Shown: piece by piece, positions 11,801 through 20,359 of the stretch
Position numbering within the stretch: position 1 is the stretch's first letter
How the letters are laid out: the number at the start of each line of letters is the position of its first letter
The notes under the pieces: model-generated
What the model was told of the DNA's origin: nothing
The model's input: only the letters and a program-made list of their open reading frames with translations
The model's database searches: none
Translations under genes and position numbers: made by a program
Source of the DNA: a virus
IMG/VR virus record: IMGVR_UViG_3300006802_000076
Coordinates: 30,498-94,497 of that record
DNA: 64,000 bases
Direction: 5' to 3' (one strand)

Positions 11801-13825
11801 GAGTTGAAGGATCAGTTCAAAGAGAAGTATGGTGTTGAGTTTGATGCTGTTCCTGGTTTATTCACTCCTGAAATTGTTGCTGATGTTGAAGCTATGGCTA
11901 AAGATATTGCAAATGCATATACTCAAGCAATTAATGCTGGTGGTGAGTCTTTGGAGGATGCTGCGGCGAACGCCGGTAATTCAATCAAAGATGCTCTTCT
12001 TGATGCAATGCAAAAGTTTGTTGATCTTGTTGTAGATTATTTAGCTTCTGCTATTGATAAGTTGAAAGCTGATATAACAGATAAATTAACTGAGCAAAAA
12101 GATGCTTATTTGCAGGTTTTTGATGATCAGATTGCTGCGATAGATGCTTTAGAGAAAGCGGAAGAGGAGCTGTTTAGGAAGCAAGAGCGGATTGAAGAGG
12201 ATCGCAAACGTATGCGTGACCGCGCTCTGCAGGAGGAGAATTATCGTAGGAATCGTACTCTTGCTATTTATGAAGGTCGTATTGATGATGCTCGTATGCT
12301 TGATCTTGAGCAGAGAAAGATTGAGTCTGACAATGCTTATGATGACGCTAAGACTGCGAGAGAGCGGGCTAGGGAGGAACAGAAGAATCAGAGAGATATT
12401 GTACGCGAGATTCTTGAAAATCAGAAGCGTGATGCAGAAGAGGCTTTTGATCTTATTCTTGAGAACTTCCAAAAGTTTATTGAAGAGATTGGCAAATATG
12501 GCACTTACAACCAGGAAGAGCTGGAAGAGCAGTTCAAGGAAATTATTGAAAGCGCCGAGGGTGCATCTGAAGAAATGCTTAGCGCATTTGAAGATTACTA
12601 CAAGGCTATCCCTGATCTTATTGATCAATATACAGATTCCACGGTCGGGTTTTTCGAGAACCCACTTGATCAGCTTGTTGAGCTAGCTAGGGATCGTTTT
12701 GGATTAACTTCTAACTCAGAGTCGCCGGATACGATACTGGGTGCTACTGCGATGATGCTTAGCGGTATGGGGAACCAGTTCACTGATCCAGGTGGGCACT
12801 TGCAAATGATTCCTGGTCATTTCGAAACAGTATTTACTCAGGTTATAGAGAACGTTATTCAGCCTTCGATTGATTCAATGCATAATGTCATTGAAAACTT
12901 TAGACCTGAAGAGATCTTCCAGAAAGCTTTAGATCATGCAAATCTAACTATCCAAAGGGAATATGCAAAGATTGTAGGATCAACTAATAGCGTTGTTGAC
13001 GATATTGCTAGTGCTATGAGTGAATTGACTAGAAATATTGTTACATCTATGGCTCAGATAACCAACGCTGTTGGGGCTGCTCAGGATGCTCTAAATGGAT
13101 TTAATCCTGGAGCATCTCCCATTCCAATCATTGATCAAACTGCTGCTAAGAATAGTCTTACTTCATACTTTAGAAGTATAGGAATGCAAGAGTATATGTA
13201 TAGCTCTACTGTTGCATCGCTTGCGCCTTATGCTTCTGAATTGATGGAGCGCTTTAAGGTGATAACAGATAACAATGTTAGAAACATTGTATATAAGCAA
13301 ATTGCTGCAAAGATAAGCGGTTCGGGGAATCAGTCTTCATTTGCAAATTGGGTTAAGGCTACATACGGCGCTGCAGTTCTGAACCCGCCTGTTTCTTTTG
13401 CTAATGGTGGTCTTGTGAAGAAATATGGTTATGGCGGTATGGCTGTGCCTGGGTTTGGCAGCACTGCTGTTCCAGCGATATTGCATGGCGGTGAGTTTGT
13501 TTTAAACAAGAAGGCAGTGGAAAGAAGTGGCATTGGTATAAAGATGCTTGAGCAATTAAATAAAGCTAGATTTGATCAGGGTGGCTTCAGTATCCCTGAT
13601 GTAAACAGTGTAAGATTTAATAATCCATCTAGGAATATGAATAGTGGTGTTGTGAATCATTACAACAGCACAAATACAACAAATATTTATGTTGAGAATT
13701 TCATTGGTGAGGATCAGTGGTTCCAGTCAATGTTGAAAGAGTACAATATGAAACATAAGCCATTGGCTGATAAGCGTGTCGGCAATGAGAATAGATTCTA
13801 TACAAGCTATAAAGGTGGCAACTGA
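2891..13825 (+). CDS. Tape measure protein (3,644 aa)
   Basis: Follows chaperones; 'VGRNLTIGLTLP' and TP901-type core; Ala/Leu helical repeats; C-terminal 'FANGGLV...PAILHGGEFVLN'. Confidence 0.9.
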   Translation: MADYDILVNAHMQGFLNKELDSLSGNLRNLLTTIDRVNDVTRNYEKSQRALNSALGIGSDGQKVYAKNLLDASKNAAVLSSNLRLAKKQAQEFNSVYSKELNAARFNKLTFGLKTFNGQSKEVNASLLATARNLKNIQSSARAIRFTAALRDSQSLAKNVLNIGKNLQYVGRNLTIGLTLPLVQFFRIGLDSFKKLETEIVRFEKIVGRDAVQALKAQSAEIVEIKKTSEGWTEVIIGTGNAYDAFSKKLDNVSYKYGVARELVQAVAADFATVGISGTDVIGDLVELAAIVEKVGDVDMTQSREFVQSLVQNTITAQNQNKAFKEQISLLSAAEQSSYQYRLAVDQVTGALALFNVIENNTVVTLEKLAKGIPEMQAVTTQFGLTLGEAAALFAPMLASGFETGASANSLKVSLQRLVAPTIKNQNTLAYLNRTIGEFNYTTGVGIENISEFAKAFVKLKEQKGELGALELFAELFGVRQGSRMLAAMNDFGIFQEELLKRTSTANKIATVIVDSINKTVADAGQQSRLAEIVEGGKFSASDIAGLGKIGRVVADEYAAGFEKGGTALYRAIIEGQGVALDKLKKEFGEDSDILDLITSQSGKVILAQALGTEEAIRAFNEEVDRALETPAVKLSRAKETFKAISRTLIPDLVSALEALMPTIRSIANFFTNMNEGSRRFLSGIVLLAAALGPIISVFSNLTQILGLAGGAAFRFVGMISKLRIFGLGGISIASDTLAGLNNLDKFGKKLSRISDQTFFFKGTNKEFQKLLKKSQRLQDRGSESYGIRRLANLFKWQNKLTTSTETLSGQTNLFTAAQQKKLTAMRILSSAYRQMASELNAVQLTFTAQKQALDDLGNYIITLKHRMDEAKKMAGKFVSALIHIKDSADSAARAIGLVGDANSVNGRLDKLAKNMAKAAGASDNLVLNLQYFVQESAKIAGSTDAAANSVKNMATAIADLNTSFGNVNGKLGTFVKHEEKLSGQAAGIQNAADAIYEQARATKKLANHTERLINLSKSAGEAIRSQSSAVIDKKKAISDINKVITTFLTQEGEIVVATEAAETGLYNQRMEIIYKIQAMELFSEAADLFVLDEGKIVGAAEAAAAAIDAQVAAIGRLVAALEALDASKLSMLNTAGVQGAAGTTVAETKPKRTKRPARGPPADDAEQLSLLAKEEKAANIDLATAAKGAEIVEVEGTAAEVNLDTAVKSKSVVEKAKEAANIQLLAARKQLEAAIDQSKLAKSNLADRPRRNAAGIAKAIEYREKEAEKERKRLEKNARARELRAEKKAAAEAAKAGTAADLDVASAEKSAEAVAEEKIGADLDVKAGKESLVAAEKAKEAANIQLLAARKQLEVAIEQGTLAKSNLADRPRRNAAGIAKAIEYRNSAEYGKVASQEKLGAALDVEAGKESLEAAQIEKKAAKTKLARASKPQWSERPPGSKPWPTMEKSLAKIPGFGVLSASQFGQTSRFPAVLGPGPGGAMAGQIGARIIDMFRSAGVIPPPEVLYALSQMSDDFLKSRGVSSFKQAGAVKTFKKDVIFNKAFSPLESGVGFYGTPSGKNTSSTGKLFNAIRDFLIMEDALAKQVALPIPNQPASFRQGSTKKGRLSSVSVQSIYRDSVERAMAPPRSDFGRLYSTLPKTTRADKTFKEGTLYIKKLRTALEDRIYKLSEAMESASASDKKVLGKRLARLKRARARFEDLQAGLANNFGKYSAMSRYNLPSPSVRDEKGRVSLRRIKTLASSRNSVEMLAARSLSTMSGTGMLDPHIKSFGDYVSTSLRKQFPKMTDARIAELTKAEVGVFKRRLFDNLFNALTRNISNIEPGGTPLARAGRLKKAMDQSLYEALAPSRKGINVSQATAAASAAAPVTAPVAAPAAAPAAAPSAAVSKAAAKPALPPPPPPTSKPGRKTLLSAALTAMGMGGNEEVEKRLMQQAEAAVKSGNKKADLLHLLNRQATDAQNEVSKALQAQSAKKGIIGRALATRAGAMRSMAESASAKDQSKEAGKLRGIVRNALSKARRDYVDGIGATVRASNENLLKSLGTGSKLGKSAEGVVLRAVSSVNELIGEITDELQALGVQADLLKEPIKAHEIEAQKSLEHFLFTLKGTFEEVQDSVDCVADAARVVGNIVSVEGEQGEGTVLYSGIPITEAIKFIANTIRSIASKAKGVGESVEAAGAQAVAEVDQAGASVVSDVEDLGDPFRYIAAAMNTAQDAANAATVEAVAEVEAAGASAVDSVRDLGDPFRYITGAMGGAVNLANTATAESQAEIAASSNSIRKSINAIGATFVRMAAAAKAGAVRIVASGNATSAATAAAAANWAAPNGAAAATGAVSNAWAAPTGPKAGSPAKTPMTGKFASMIAGFKDSMSGIGGVFTKGWGEVLTANKGVLNSLRTLVGTLGKTLLNSAKLLGSLVMGPIRVASGVFKLAKKNVAGAADIGKAFGSILKNLAKTAVDLVKGVLSAVVSVGKTVVSVIGTVAKSMMSAFQSVTKLAIKGIIFAPIVAAIIVIAVAAKRLSTAFKAVDENGKRLESMQKIVDRLKQAWTAFKSVLVALFKPFADVLNNIFGVSNGTEAATQNVSATTRAFSKLGAVLIVALEQITNGLNKLRESEGFKKFIKSMTSFMYQFFNIAKAVFGGIKAVISGDSEEAASKFGEAADRIKLYMMSIVIFLAPMWRKMLLKMISSLVAFAKTVLNIGEKVLEGLAHAFGPPLVKAVVWTIKKVLTLFFSLPRYIPKILLKIIEMAIEFKLKYELAMRQLVINIVLILAGMLPGLAQILIKAFNMIIEFALKAQGALESALKSLSPFGFLDDAIGLVGSVFSSPLEFASATLEGWVEDIASTEGTFKGVINDIAGAINKAFDSVYNLLDQGINAIFDSDVVNDFVQDISDSIDGWSQGQLQDIFGWIDDLAFGEDGDGGVAAWFANLDIPDFKGSEFERAIDDFAVGAEEWVGTKFDEIINKVADKQQELKDQFKEKYGVEFDAVPGLFTPEIVADVEAMAKDIANAYTQAINAGGESLEDAAANAGNSIKDALLDAMQKFVDLVVDYLASAIDKLKADITDKLTEQKDAYLQVFDDQIAAIDALEKAEEELFRKQERIEEDRKRMRDRALQEENYRRNRTLAIYEGRIDDARMLDLEQRKIESDNAYDDAKTARERAREEQKNQRDIVREILENQKRDAEEAFDLILENFQKFIEEIGKYGTYNQEELEEQFKEIIESAEGASEEMLSAFEDYYKAIPDLIDQYTDSTVGFFENPLDQLVELARDRFGLTSNSESPDTILGATAMMLSGMGNQFTDPGGHLQMIPGHFETVFTQVIENVIQPSIDSMHNVIENFRPEEIFQKALDHANLTIQREYAKIVGSTNSVVDDIASAMSELTRNIVTSMAQITNAVGAAQDALNGFNPGASPIPIIDQTAAKNSLTSYFRSIGMQEYMYSSTVASLAPYASELMERFKVITDNNVRNIVYKQIAAKISGSGNQSSFANWVKATYGAAVLNPPVSFANGGLVKKYGYGGMAVPGFGSTAVPAILHGGEFVLNKKAVERSGIGIKMLEQLNKARFDQGGFSIPDVNSVRFNNPSRNMNSGVVNHYNSTNTTNIYVENFIGEDQWFQSMLKEYNMKHKPLADKRVGNENRFYTSYKGGN
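6533..7048 (+). repeat. Two 150-nt in-frame copies (6533-6682, 6899-7048) within tape measure
   Basis: EKAKEAANIQLLAARKQLE...KSNLADRPRRNAAGIAKAIEYR twice. Confidence 0.9.
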
Positions 13826-13830
13826 TAGTT

Positions 13831-14250
13831 ATGCCAGCTCAAGTGTATCAACAGACAGGTCTTGTAAAATACCTATCAATAAACAACACTGAGATAACTG
13901 TTGGTGGGTCTAATATTTCTCTTGATTCCAATTTCAATGTAAGTGATATTGAGACTGCTGCTGGGCGAATCAAAAGGTTTTACAAGAAGAATAAAAAGAC
14001 ATTAAAAGTTTCTTATGAATATCTTGCTTCTTCTAGTTCTTTTACAGTTGATGGTCGTGAGGGGCGGGATTTTATATATGGTCTGGCGGCTTCTTCGCCG
14101 TATGTTTTAGTATCTTACAAGGATATACCAAATGGTGTATCTGAAGAATTTTATGGATTCATAGATTCTTATAGTGATTCAATTATAAGAAGAGATATGA
14201 GCACGCAGTGCATTTATTATAATCTAAGCTTTGATATAATGGAGGCTTAA
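13831..14250 (+). CDS. Minor tail / distal tail-like protein
   Basis: Immediately after tape measure; 'AAGRIKRFY...VSYEYL...TVDG' motif shared with next gene. Confidence 0.6.
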   Translation: MPAQVYQQTGLVKYLSINNTEITVGGSNISLDSNFNVSDIETAAGRIKRFYKKNKKTLKVSYEYLASSSSFTVDGREGRDFIYGLAASSPYVLVSYKDIPNGVSEEFYGFIDSYSDSIIRRDMSTQCIYYNLSFDIMEA

Positions 14251-15125
14251 TGGCTGGGAAATTTTCTTTTACGCAGAGCCTTCGTGGTATAGATTTTTAT
14301 GGCCCAGATCAAACTGGCAATCCTGTTCTTATATCTATTTCTACAAACCTTGTAGCGACTCCTGATATATACTATCCACCCGCTAACCCGGCTTCAATTT
14401 CTATAACTTCTGATCTTCAATCGGATGGGACAAAGGTAGCTATCGGAAGTTCTAGTCCATCTGCGTCAGCTACTTTAGTTGCTGTTGCGACTGAGATTGT
14501 TTTAGGCGCTTCAAGTATAGACTCTCAGTCTTCTATTTCTGCTATCGGAACTCGCATACACAATGGTGAGTCAATAATAGACGGCATCGCGTTTGTTTTA
14601 TCATCTGGTATTGCTGTTACTCCAATGGGAGAAGTGTTAATCTCATCATCAGCTACTGTTGATAATTTAGGTTTTATAAGATTTAGCCCGTCTATAGTTG
14701 AAGATACTCAATCTATACGTCCATTCCTTGTAATAGACAATATACCACTGTCTGAACATGGGCGCACTATTGATGAATCTCTTATCCATTCATTCATAGA
14801 AGTGAAAAACTGGGACGCATTAAAAAGTCGTTTCTATAAAAGAACCAATGCAAGAAGATCGTTTAAGATATCATGGACTTATCTCCCTGGTGAAAGAGAA
14901 TTCACCGCTGATAGAAGATTTGGAAGAAATAAAGTTAAAGAAATAGCTGAAGACCCAGATTTGCATATTTTGAAAATTAGAAATATAGACACTAATGGTG
15001 TTACTCCATACACTGAAGATGAGTATAGTGTTTTAATAAAGTCATATAATGAAGAACTTCTAAGACGGGATGAAATAAATGGTGTGTATTACTGGGATTG
15101 CAGTATGGAACTGGAGGAGGTCTGA
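14250..15125 (+). CDS. Minor tail protein
   Basis: C-terminal domain paralogous to previous ORF ('SRFYKR...ISWTYLP...TAD...MELEEV'). Confidence 0.6.
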   Translation: MAGKFSFTQSLRGIDFYGPDQTGNPVLISISTNLVATPDIYYPPANPASISITSDLQSDGTKVAIGSSSPSASATLVAVATEIVLGASSIDSQSSISAIGTRIHNGESIIDGIAFVLSSGIAVTPMGEVLISSSATVDNLGFIRFSPSIVEDTQSIRPFLVIDNIPLSEHGRTIDESLIHSFIEVKNWDALKSRFYKRTNARRSFKISWTYLPGEREFTADRRFGRNKVKEIAEDPDLHILKIRNIDTNGVTPYTEDEYSVLIKSYNEELLRRDEINGVYYWDCSMELEEV

Positions 15126-18100
15126 TGATAGATATTGATATTTATGGCAATCAATTAACTAATACTTTTATTTCAAAAACGTCTTCGACAGCTCAAAAGC
15201 TGAAGCCTAAAGTTTATGCTTATTGGCTAGAGAGTCGAAATGTTGTTTTTGATATGGACTCCAATCCTCCCAGTGTTGATATCAATAATCAACACTCTTC
15301 CTCTCAGCAAGGCGATCTTGGATATTACTTCAAGATGGAAGAAGCGATGAATGGCTTGGAAAGGCAGTCATTCACATGGGGTGTCTGTGACGCCAAAGAC
15401 GTTGACGGCAATGTAATTCGTGCTGACGGTAATTGGTATGCGATGCCTGGCGATCTTTCTGAGAATTACGAGTATGGGTGGTGGTCTGGTTCAATATCTG
15501 AAGCAACTGTTGAGCCAACATATGGCGGTTATGGGTTTGCTAATAACCCTACTGCTACATATCCTTTTACCGCAATGCCATGCAACCTCATAAAGGTTTT
15601 TACTTCTGAATATTATGGTCAAGTTCATACTTATAGATTGACAGTCCGTAGTGATGAAGTTGGTGTTGCTAATCCCCTGTATTCAGAGGTTATTACATTC
15701 AAAGATAATCAGTATGTTTACGAGCATTTTTTGCCTGAATCTCTTGGTCATTCTACTATAAGCGAAATTGAAATTGAAATTATTTCAACAAAAAATCCAG
15801 AGGATAATGCAAGAATTCAAGAGATAAATACTATTTTTGAAGTTGACATCTCTGATGATGTTATTTCAATGAATACTGAAAAGTCTAGGGATCTTCATAT
15901 AACTGAGCTACCGATAGCTGGTGAAGGATCTACTTCAATTGATTTTGTTTTAGACAACACGAATAAAGATTACAATATTTTTAATACTTCTTCACTGTAT
16001 GGGAAATACATGAAAAAAAATGTTCGATTTAAATCAACAATTGGGTGGCAAGTCAAAAAGAGTTCAGATTTATATATTGATAAGATTCTATCTAGTGGTA
16101 TATCAGATACGGATACAACTTTTTCTTTGAATGATGTTTCAGACCTGCCTGACGGTGGTGTTGGTGATTATTATGTAATGGTTATTGATCCAGATAATTA
16201 CACTAGGGAATATGTATTGGTTTCGTCAAAAGCGCCTAATGCTAATGATGTCTATATTGTTGAAAGGGGCTTTAATGGCTCTAAAGCTAGATCGCATAAT
16301 TCAGGTGTGACAGTAAGATTTGAAACTTTTGAATATCCTGCCTATGTTGAGAGCTGGATTGATGAGTGGCAGGGTGGATCTGATAATATGACAATTTCGG
16401 CTAACTCTACTGATTGGACAAAGTTTGCCTCAGAGAGAATTATTAATAATGGATTTTTCATTGATAAAGCAACCACTACAGATGCTGTTGAAGGTTTGCT
16501 TTTAACTACCAATTTTCCTAAAAAGAATTTTAGGGGTTTGAATCGTTATAAAAAAACTGCATCAAAAAATGGTGCCGTGTTGCATCTTAATTTTTCTGAG
16601 CAGGCTTTATCTGGTTCTGGGGTCGATGTTGTTGATTATGGTCTTAGAGCTAGATTCTTCTCTATGCCGTCCGGTCAAGAGCGTTTAGTTAAGGATATTC
16701 GTGCTGATGCCCTTGATAGGGAGCTTTCTCCTCTTGAGAAGGCATTGGGCGAGTTGCCAAGTGTTACTCCTGACTACACAGTTAATACTCAAGATATAAA
16801 CACCAATGCACTGTATGCTCTTGATCTTGTTGATTTTTCTTATACCAGAACGGATAGCTCTGTTGTAAACACTTATTACAATATGGTTTTTGATGGTATT
16901 TATGTGGCTCCAGACACAGGAGATCAGGTTTTAGGCGTGAGCATAGCTCATGGTGGTGTTAGATTGTATCTTGAAGAAATACTTATACTTGATGAATACT
17001 TCTCTCACCCCGTATCTCCCGGTGCAGACACTGAAGTGGAATCAGATGTTGTTAACCTTGTAGCTGGTAAGCCTTATAAGATAAGAGTGGAGGCCTATCA
17101 CACAGTAGACACGAACACTTCTGATACTTTTGGTATAAAGCTTCTTTATGCTACAGGTGTTGATCCCCTGTCGCCTGTCCCTCTTGAGTATACCTATAGA
17201 ACTTCTGCTTTCGATATAGCTGGTGCGTCTGATGCCCCGTTCACTGATTTATCAACTGACCGCGGAAAGGTTACAAATAATGCAGTTTATTCTAATGGTG
17301 TCGAAATCGGATTAGAAGGCGGTCTGGTTTCTGATCCTGAGAACTATGCCGCCAGGATCAATAATACTAATTATGCTCGTCTTCCTTACGATCAGTCTTG
17401 GGATATGACTGATACTGGTAGCGAGAATTACACCGGCAAGTTTTCTATTGAGTTGAATGTGAAATCTAATGAGGCGGCTGGTTTTGGTTCTGATGGTGAG
17501 TATATTAGTACGTTTGGTAATTTTTCTCCTTTAGATTTGTCCCCTGCTCTTTGGCTTGATGCTTCTGATACTTCTACGATTACGGCTGCGGATGGTGCCT
17601 GGTTGGACGGAACTGGTTTGGTGTTGCCTGGCACGACGGGGAACTATGCTTCGACGCCGGATTCAGCGGCTCTGGACATCACCGGCGACATGGAGATCGT
17701 GGTGCGAGCCTCAATGGCCGACTGGACTCCTTCTTCTCCTTTACCAATGCAAGGATTGGTGGCAAAGTTTGATGGGCCGTCAGGTTCGGGCCGCTCATAC
17801 TTCTTTCGTATTAGATTTGATAGCAACAAGCTAGAGTTTGGTTGGCAGGACAGCGGCACCGCATCAGTCCGAACTCTTGTTGCTGACGCTAATATTTCAT
17901 TTAGCGACAATCAAATCGGCTGGGTGAAAGTCGAGTTTGATGTAGACAACGGATCGTCGCAAGCGGAAGCGAAGTTTTACACGGCAGCGGATCAGGCGAC
18001 CGAACCGTCTGTGTGGACGCAGCTTGGTTCTACGAAGACATCGGCTGGTGTTGCTGCGATCGCTACGGGTACTGTTCCGGTTGTTATCGGTTCAGATCAG

Positions 18101-20359
18101 ACGGCAACTCGCGCTGCGACTGGCACGTTCTACCGCGCCATCATTCGTGATGGCATCGGTGGCACCGTCGTATTTGACGCAGATTTCTCCGCTGAAGCCG
18201 AAGGCACTCTTTCATTTACCGAAGATTCTGTGAATGCTGCAACGGTTACACTTACGACAACGTATGGTCAGGTGTCGCAATGGGATGATAAGTCCGGTTC
18301 GGGTAACGATGTGGTGCAGGCGACATCGGCAGCGCAGCCGAAGTCGGGTAGGCGTGCGCTCAATGGCTTGAACGTCATTGACGCTGACGGCACCGACTAC
18401 ATGACGAACTCAACGCTGGCGTTGACTGCTCAACCAAACACGGTGTTTATCGTTGCGAAACAGGACACCGACACCGATGGCGCACTATTCGACGGCATCA
18501 CGTCAACAACCCGGCACATGCTGTACGAGGGGAGCTCAATCTGGCGTTTCTTTGCAGGTACAGCCACCGGGATCGTCGGTGCTTGGGACACCAATGAGCA
18601 TGTGTTCACTTGCGCTTTCAACGGTGCTAGTTCCTACCTTCGCATTGACGGAACCCAATCGGCCAACGTCGATGCGGGAGCGCAAAACCTGCAAGGTTTT
18701 ACTCTTTTCGGCTCATATGGCGGTGCTGGTCGTTTGTCTGACGGCGCGATCGCCGAGGTCATCGTCATCGACGGCACCCTGACCGCCGATCAGATCGCCG
18801 CCACCGAAGCATATTTGGCAAGTAAGTGGGGTATTGATTTATCTCCTTCATCATCAAATGGTTTTGAATTCTTTAATGATAGTTCATCTAATGGTTTTAG
18901 AATTAAAACATCTGCCGGTGTAGAAGAGGTGTCTGCTTCTGGTGTTTTAAGTGCGTCAGATTGGACTCATATAAATGTTACTTTTGATGGTTCTGACCTA
19001 AAATACTATGTAAATGGTGATCTTGAAGATACGTTAACATTGTCCGGCTCAATTCTGTCTTGGGCGGATTTGGATGTAACTTTTGGGGGTAGGGGTTCTA
19101 TTTACACGATAGGGACCGGTCAAACAGGACCGTATTCTGGTGATTGTGATTTTTATTGTGATCAATTCATTATTTACAATAAGTCCTTGACTGATGATCA
19201 GGTTGCCGATCGTTACACAGAGGCTGTCATGCAGCCGATTACGACATATCCATTCTTGTATGGTAATGAGGCATCTGTTAGGGATATTATCTCTGAGATA
19301 ACTCTTGCCGATTTGGGCCGGTTCTATATTGATGAACTTGGATATGGTAAGTATGAACATTTCTACAGGTATTTTGAACCTTCGATTGATCAGCATACTA
19401 TTGTTCAAGATACTATCAGTGATGATACTCATATCATTTCTGCTGATTACAATGTTCAACTTCAAACTAATAAAGTTGTTGTAAAGATTGCCGGTCTATC
19501 AAGTAACCTTAGCGGAACGCAATCTTTGTGGCGCGCAGATAATCCGACCATTTTAGCAGTTGTTAATCTTGAATTGCCTACAACTGCTGACGCTAATAGC
19601 ATTACTGTTTCAAGCACAGTTGACCCCCCATTTTATAATGCTGGTTATCTTGTCATTGACGATGAGATTATTAAATATTCTTCAAAAACTCCAACGACTT
19701 TCAATAATCTAGAGAGGGGTATGTTTGGAACTACAGCGGCATCTCATGATGCTGATACTCCGATCAGGGAGGCTAGATATTGGGACTTGAAATACAACAA
19801 GGCTCCGGCTTATAATGTGAAGAATCCTTTGATTTCAGGCATTGAATTTGAAGACCCTGATCAGATAGACATTCTGATGTGGAAGCCTGGCTTCTATGGT
19901 GCTGAGCTTGTTTTATGCGCTGATGAGAATATAGGTGTTGGTGAAGTTGTTCTTGTTGAAGGAACTGATCCCATTTCTGGGAAGGTTTCTTTTGCGGCGA
20001 TTGCCGGTATTCCGGTTCTGCTTACTGAGCAGGGAAGCCAGATCGAAGAACAGGTTGCTGACTTGTCAGAGAGTATTAGATTGTACGGTTTGAAAGAGGT
20101 TGTTATTGAAAACAAATTTATTACAGACTTTAATCACGGTCAAAAGATTGCTGATTTCATTATTAGCAAGATGAGTACTCCTGTGCCACTTATAAATCTT
20201 AATACTATTTTGATGCCTCAAGCGGCTATTGGTGATCGAATTAAGATTTCTTCTCTTGATGCGTTTGATATAATAAATGGGGAGTACTGGTTAATTTCCA
20301 AGTCTGTTTCTTATGGTGATTCTCCATCCCAATCTATAATTCTAAGGAAGGTTGTATAA
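15125..20359 (+). CDS. Large minor tail/baseplate hub protein with PA14-like and LamG/concanavalin-like domains
   Basis: 'GGVRLYL...VNLVAGKPYKIRVE' PA14-like; 'WTHINVTFDGSDLKYYVNG...IYNKSLT' LamG; hub-like C-terminus 'ESIRLYGLKEVVIENKFI'. Confidence 0.75.
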   Translation: MIDIDIYGNQLTNTFISKTSSTAQKLKPKVYAYWLESRNVVFDMDSNPPSVDINNQHSSSQQGDLGYYFKMEEAMNGLERQSFTWGVCDAKDVDGNVIRADGNWYAMPGDLSENYEYGWWSGSISEATVEPTYGGYGFANNPTATYPFTAMPCNLIKVFTSEYYGQVHTYRLTVRSDEVGVANPLYSEVITFKDNQYVYEHFLPESLGHSTISEIEIEIISTKNPEDNARIQEINTIFEVDISDDVISMNTEKSRDLHITELPIAGEGSTSIDFVLDNTNKDYNIFNTSSLYGKYMKKNVRFKSTIGWQVKKSSDLYIDKILSSGISDTDTTFSLNDVSDLPDGGVGDYYVMVIDPDNYTREYVLVSSKAPNANDVYIVERGFNGSKARSHNSGVTVRFETFEYPAYVESWIDEWQGGSDNMTISANSTDWTKFASERIINNGFFIDKATTTDAVEGLLLTTNFPKKNFRGLNRYKKTASKNGAVLHLNFSEQALSGSGVDVVDYGLRARFFSMPSGQERLVKDIRADALDRELSPLEKALGELPSVTPDYTVNTQDINTNALYALDLVDFSYTRTDSSVVNTYYNMVFDGIYVAPDTGDQVLGVSIAHGGVRLYLEEILILDEYFSHPVSPGADTEVESDVVNLVAGKPYKIRVEAYHTVDTNTSDTFGIKLLYATGVDPLSPVPLEYTYRTSAFDIAGASDAPFTDLSTDRGKVTNNAVYSNGVEIGLEGGLVSDPENYAARINNTNYARLPYDQSWDMTDTGSENYTGKFSIELNVKSNEAAGFGSDGEYISTFGNFSPLDLSPALWLDASDTSTITAADGAWLDGTGLVLPGTTGNYASTPDSAALDITGDMEIVVRASMADWTPSSPLPMQGLVAKFDGPSGSGRSYFFRIRFDSNKLEFGWQDSGTASVRTLVADANISFSDNQIGWVKVEFDVDNGSSQAEAKFYTAADQATEPSVWTQLGSTKTSAGVAAIATGTVPVVIGSDQTATRAATGTFYRAIIRDGIGGTVVFDADFSAEAEGTLSFTEDSVNAATVTLTTTYGQVSQWDDKSGSGNDVVQATSAAQPKSGRRALNGLNVIDADGTDYMTNSTLALTAQPNTVFIVAKQDTDTDGALFDGITSTTRHMLYEGSSIWRFFAGTATGIVGAWDTNEHVFTCAFNGASSYLRIDGTQSANVDAGAQNLQGFTLFGSYGGAGRLSDGAIAEVIVIDGTLTADQIAATEAYLASKWGIDLSPSSSNGFEFFNDSSSNGFRIKTSAGVEEVSASGVLSASDWTHINVTFDGSDLKYYVNGDLEDTLTLSGSILSWADLDVTFGGRGSIYTIGTGQTGPYSGDCDFYCDQFIIYNKSLTDDQVADRYTEAVMQPITTYPFLYGNEASVRDIISEITLADLGRFYIDELGYGKYEHFYRYFEPSIDQHTIVQDTISDDTHIISADYNVQLQTNKVVVKIAGLSSNLSGTQSLWRADNPTILAVVNLELPTTADANSITVSSTVDPPFYNAGYLVIDDEIIKYSSKTPTTFNNLERGMFGTTAASHDADTPIREARYWDLKYNKAPAYNVKNPLISGIEFEDPDQIDILMWKPGFYGAELVLCADENIGVGEVVLVEGTDPISGKVSFAAIAGIPVLLTEQGSQIEEQVADLSESIRLYGLKEVVIENKFITDFNHGQKIADFIISKMSTPVPLINLNTILMPQAAIGDRIKISSLDAFDIINGEYWLISKSVSYGDSPSQSIILRKVV

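Noticed and set aside
3434-12686. Many minus-strand and alternate-frame ORFs inside the tape measure
   Set aside because: Shadow ORFs of an Ala-rich, biased-codon gene; no independent signals
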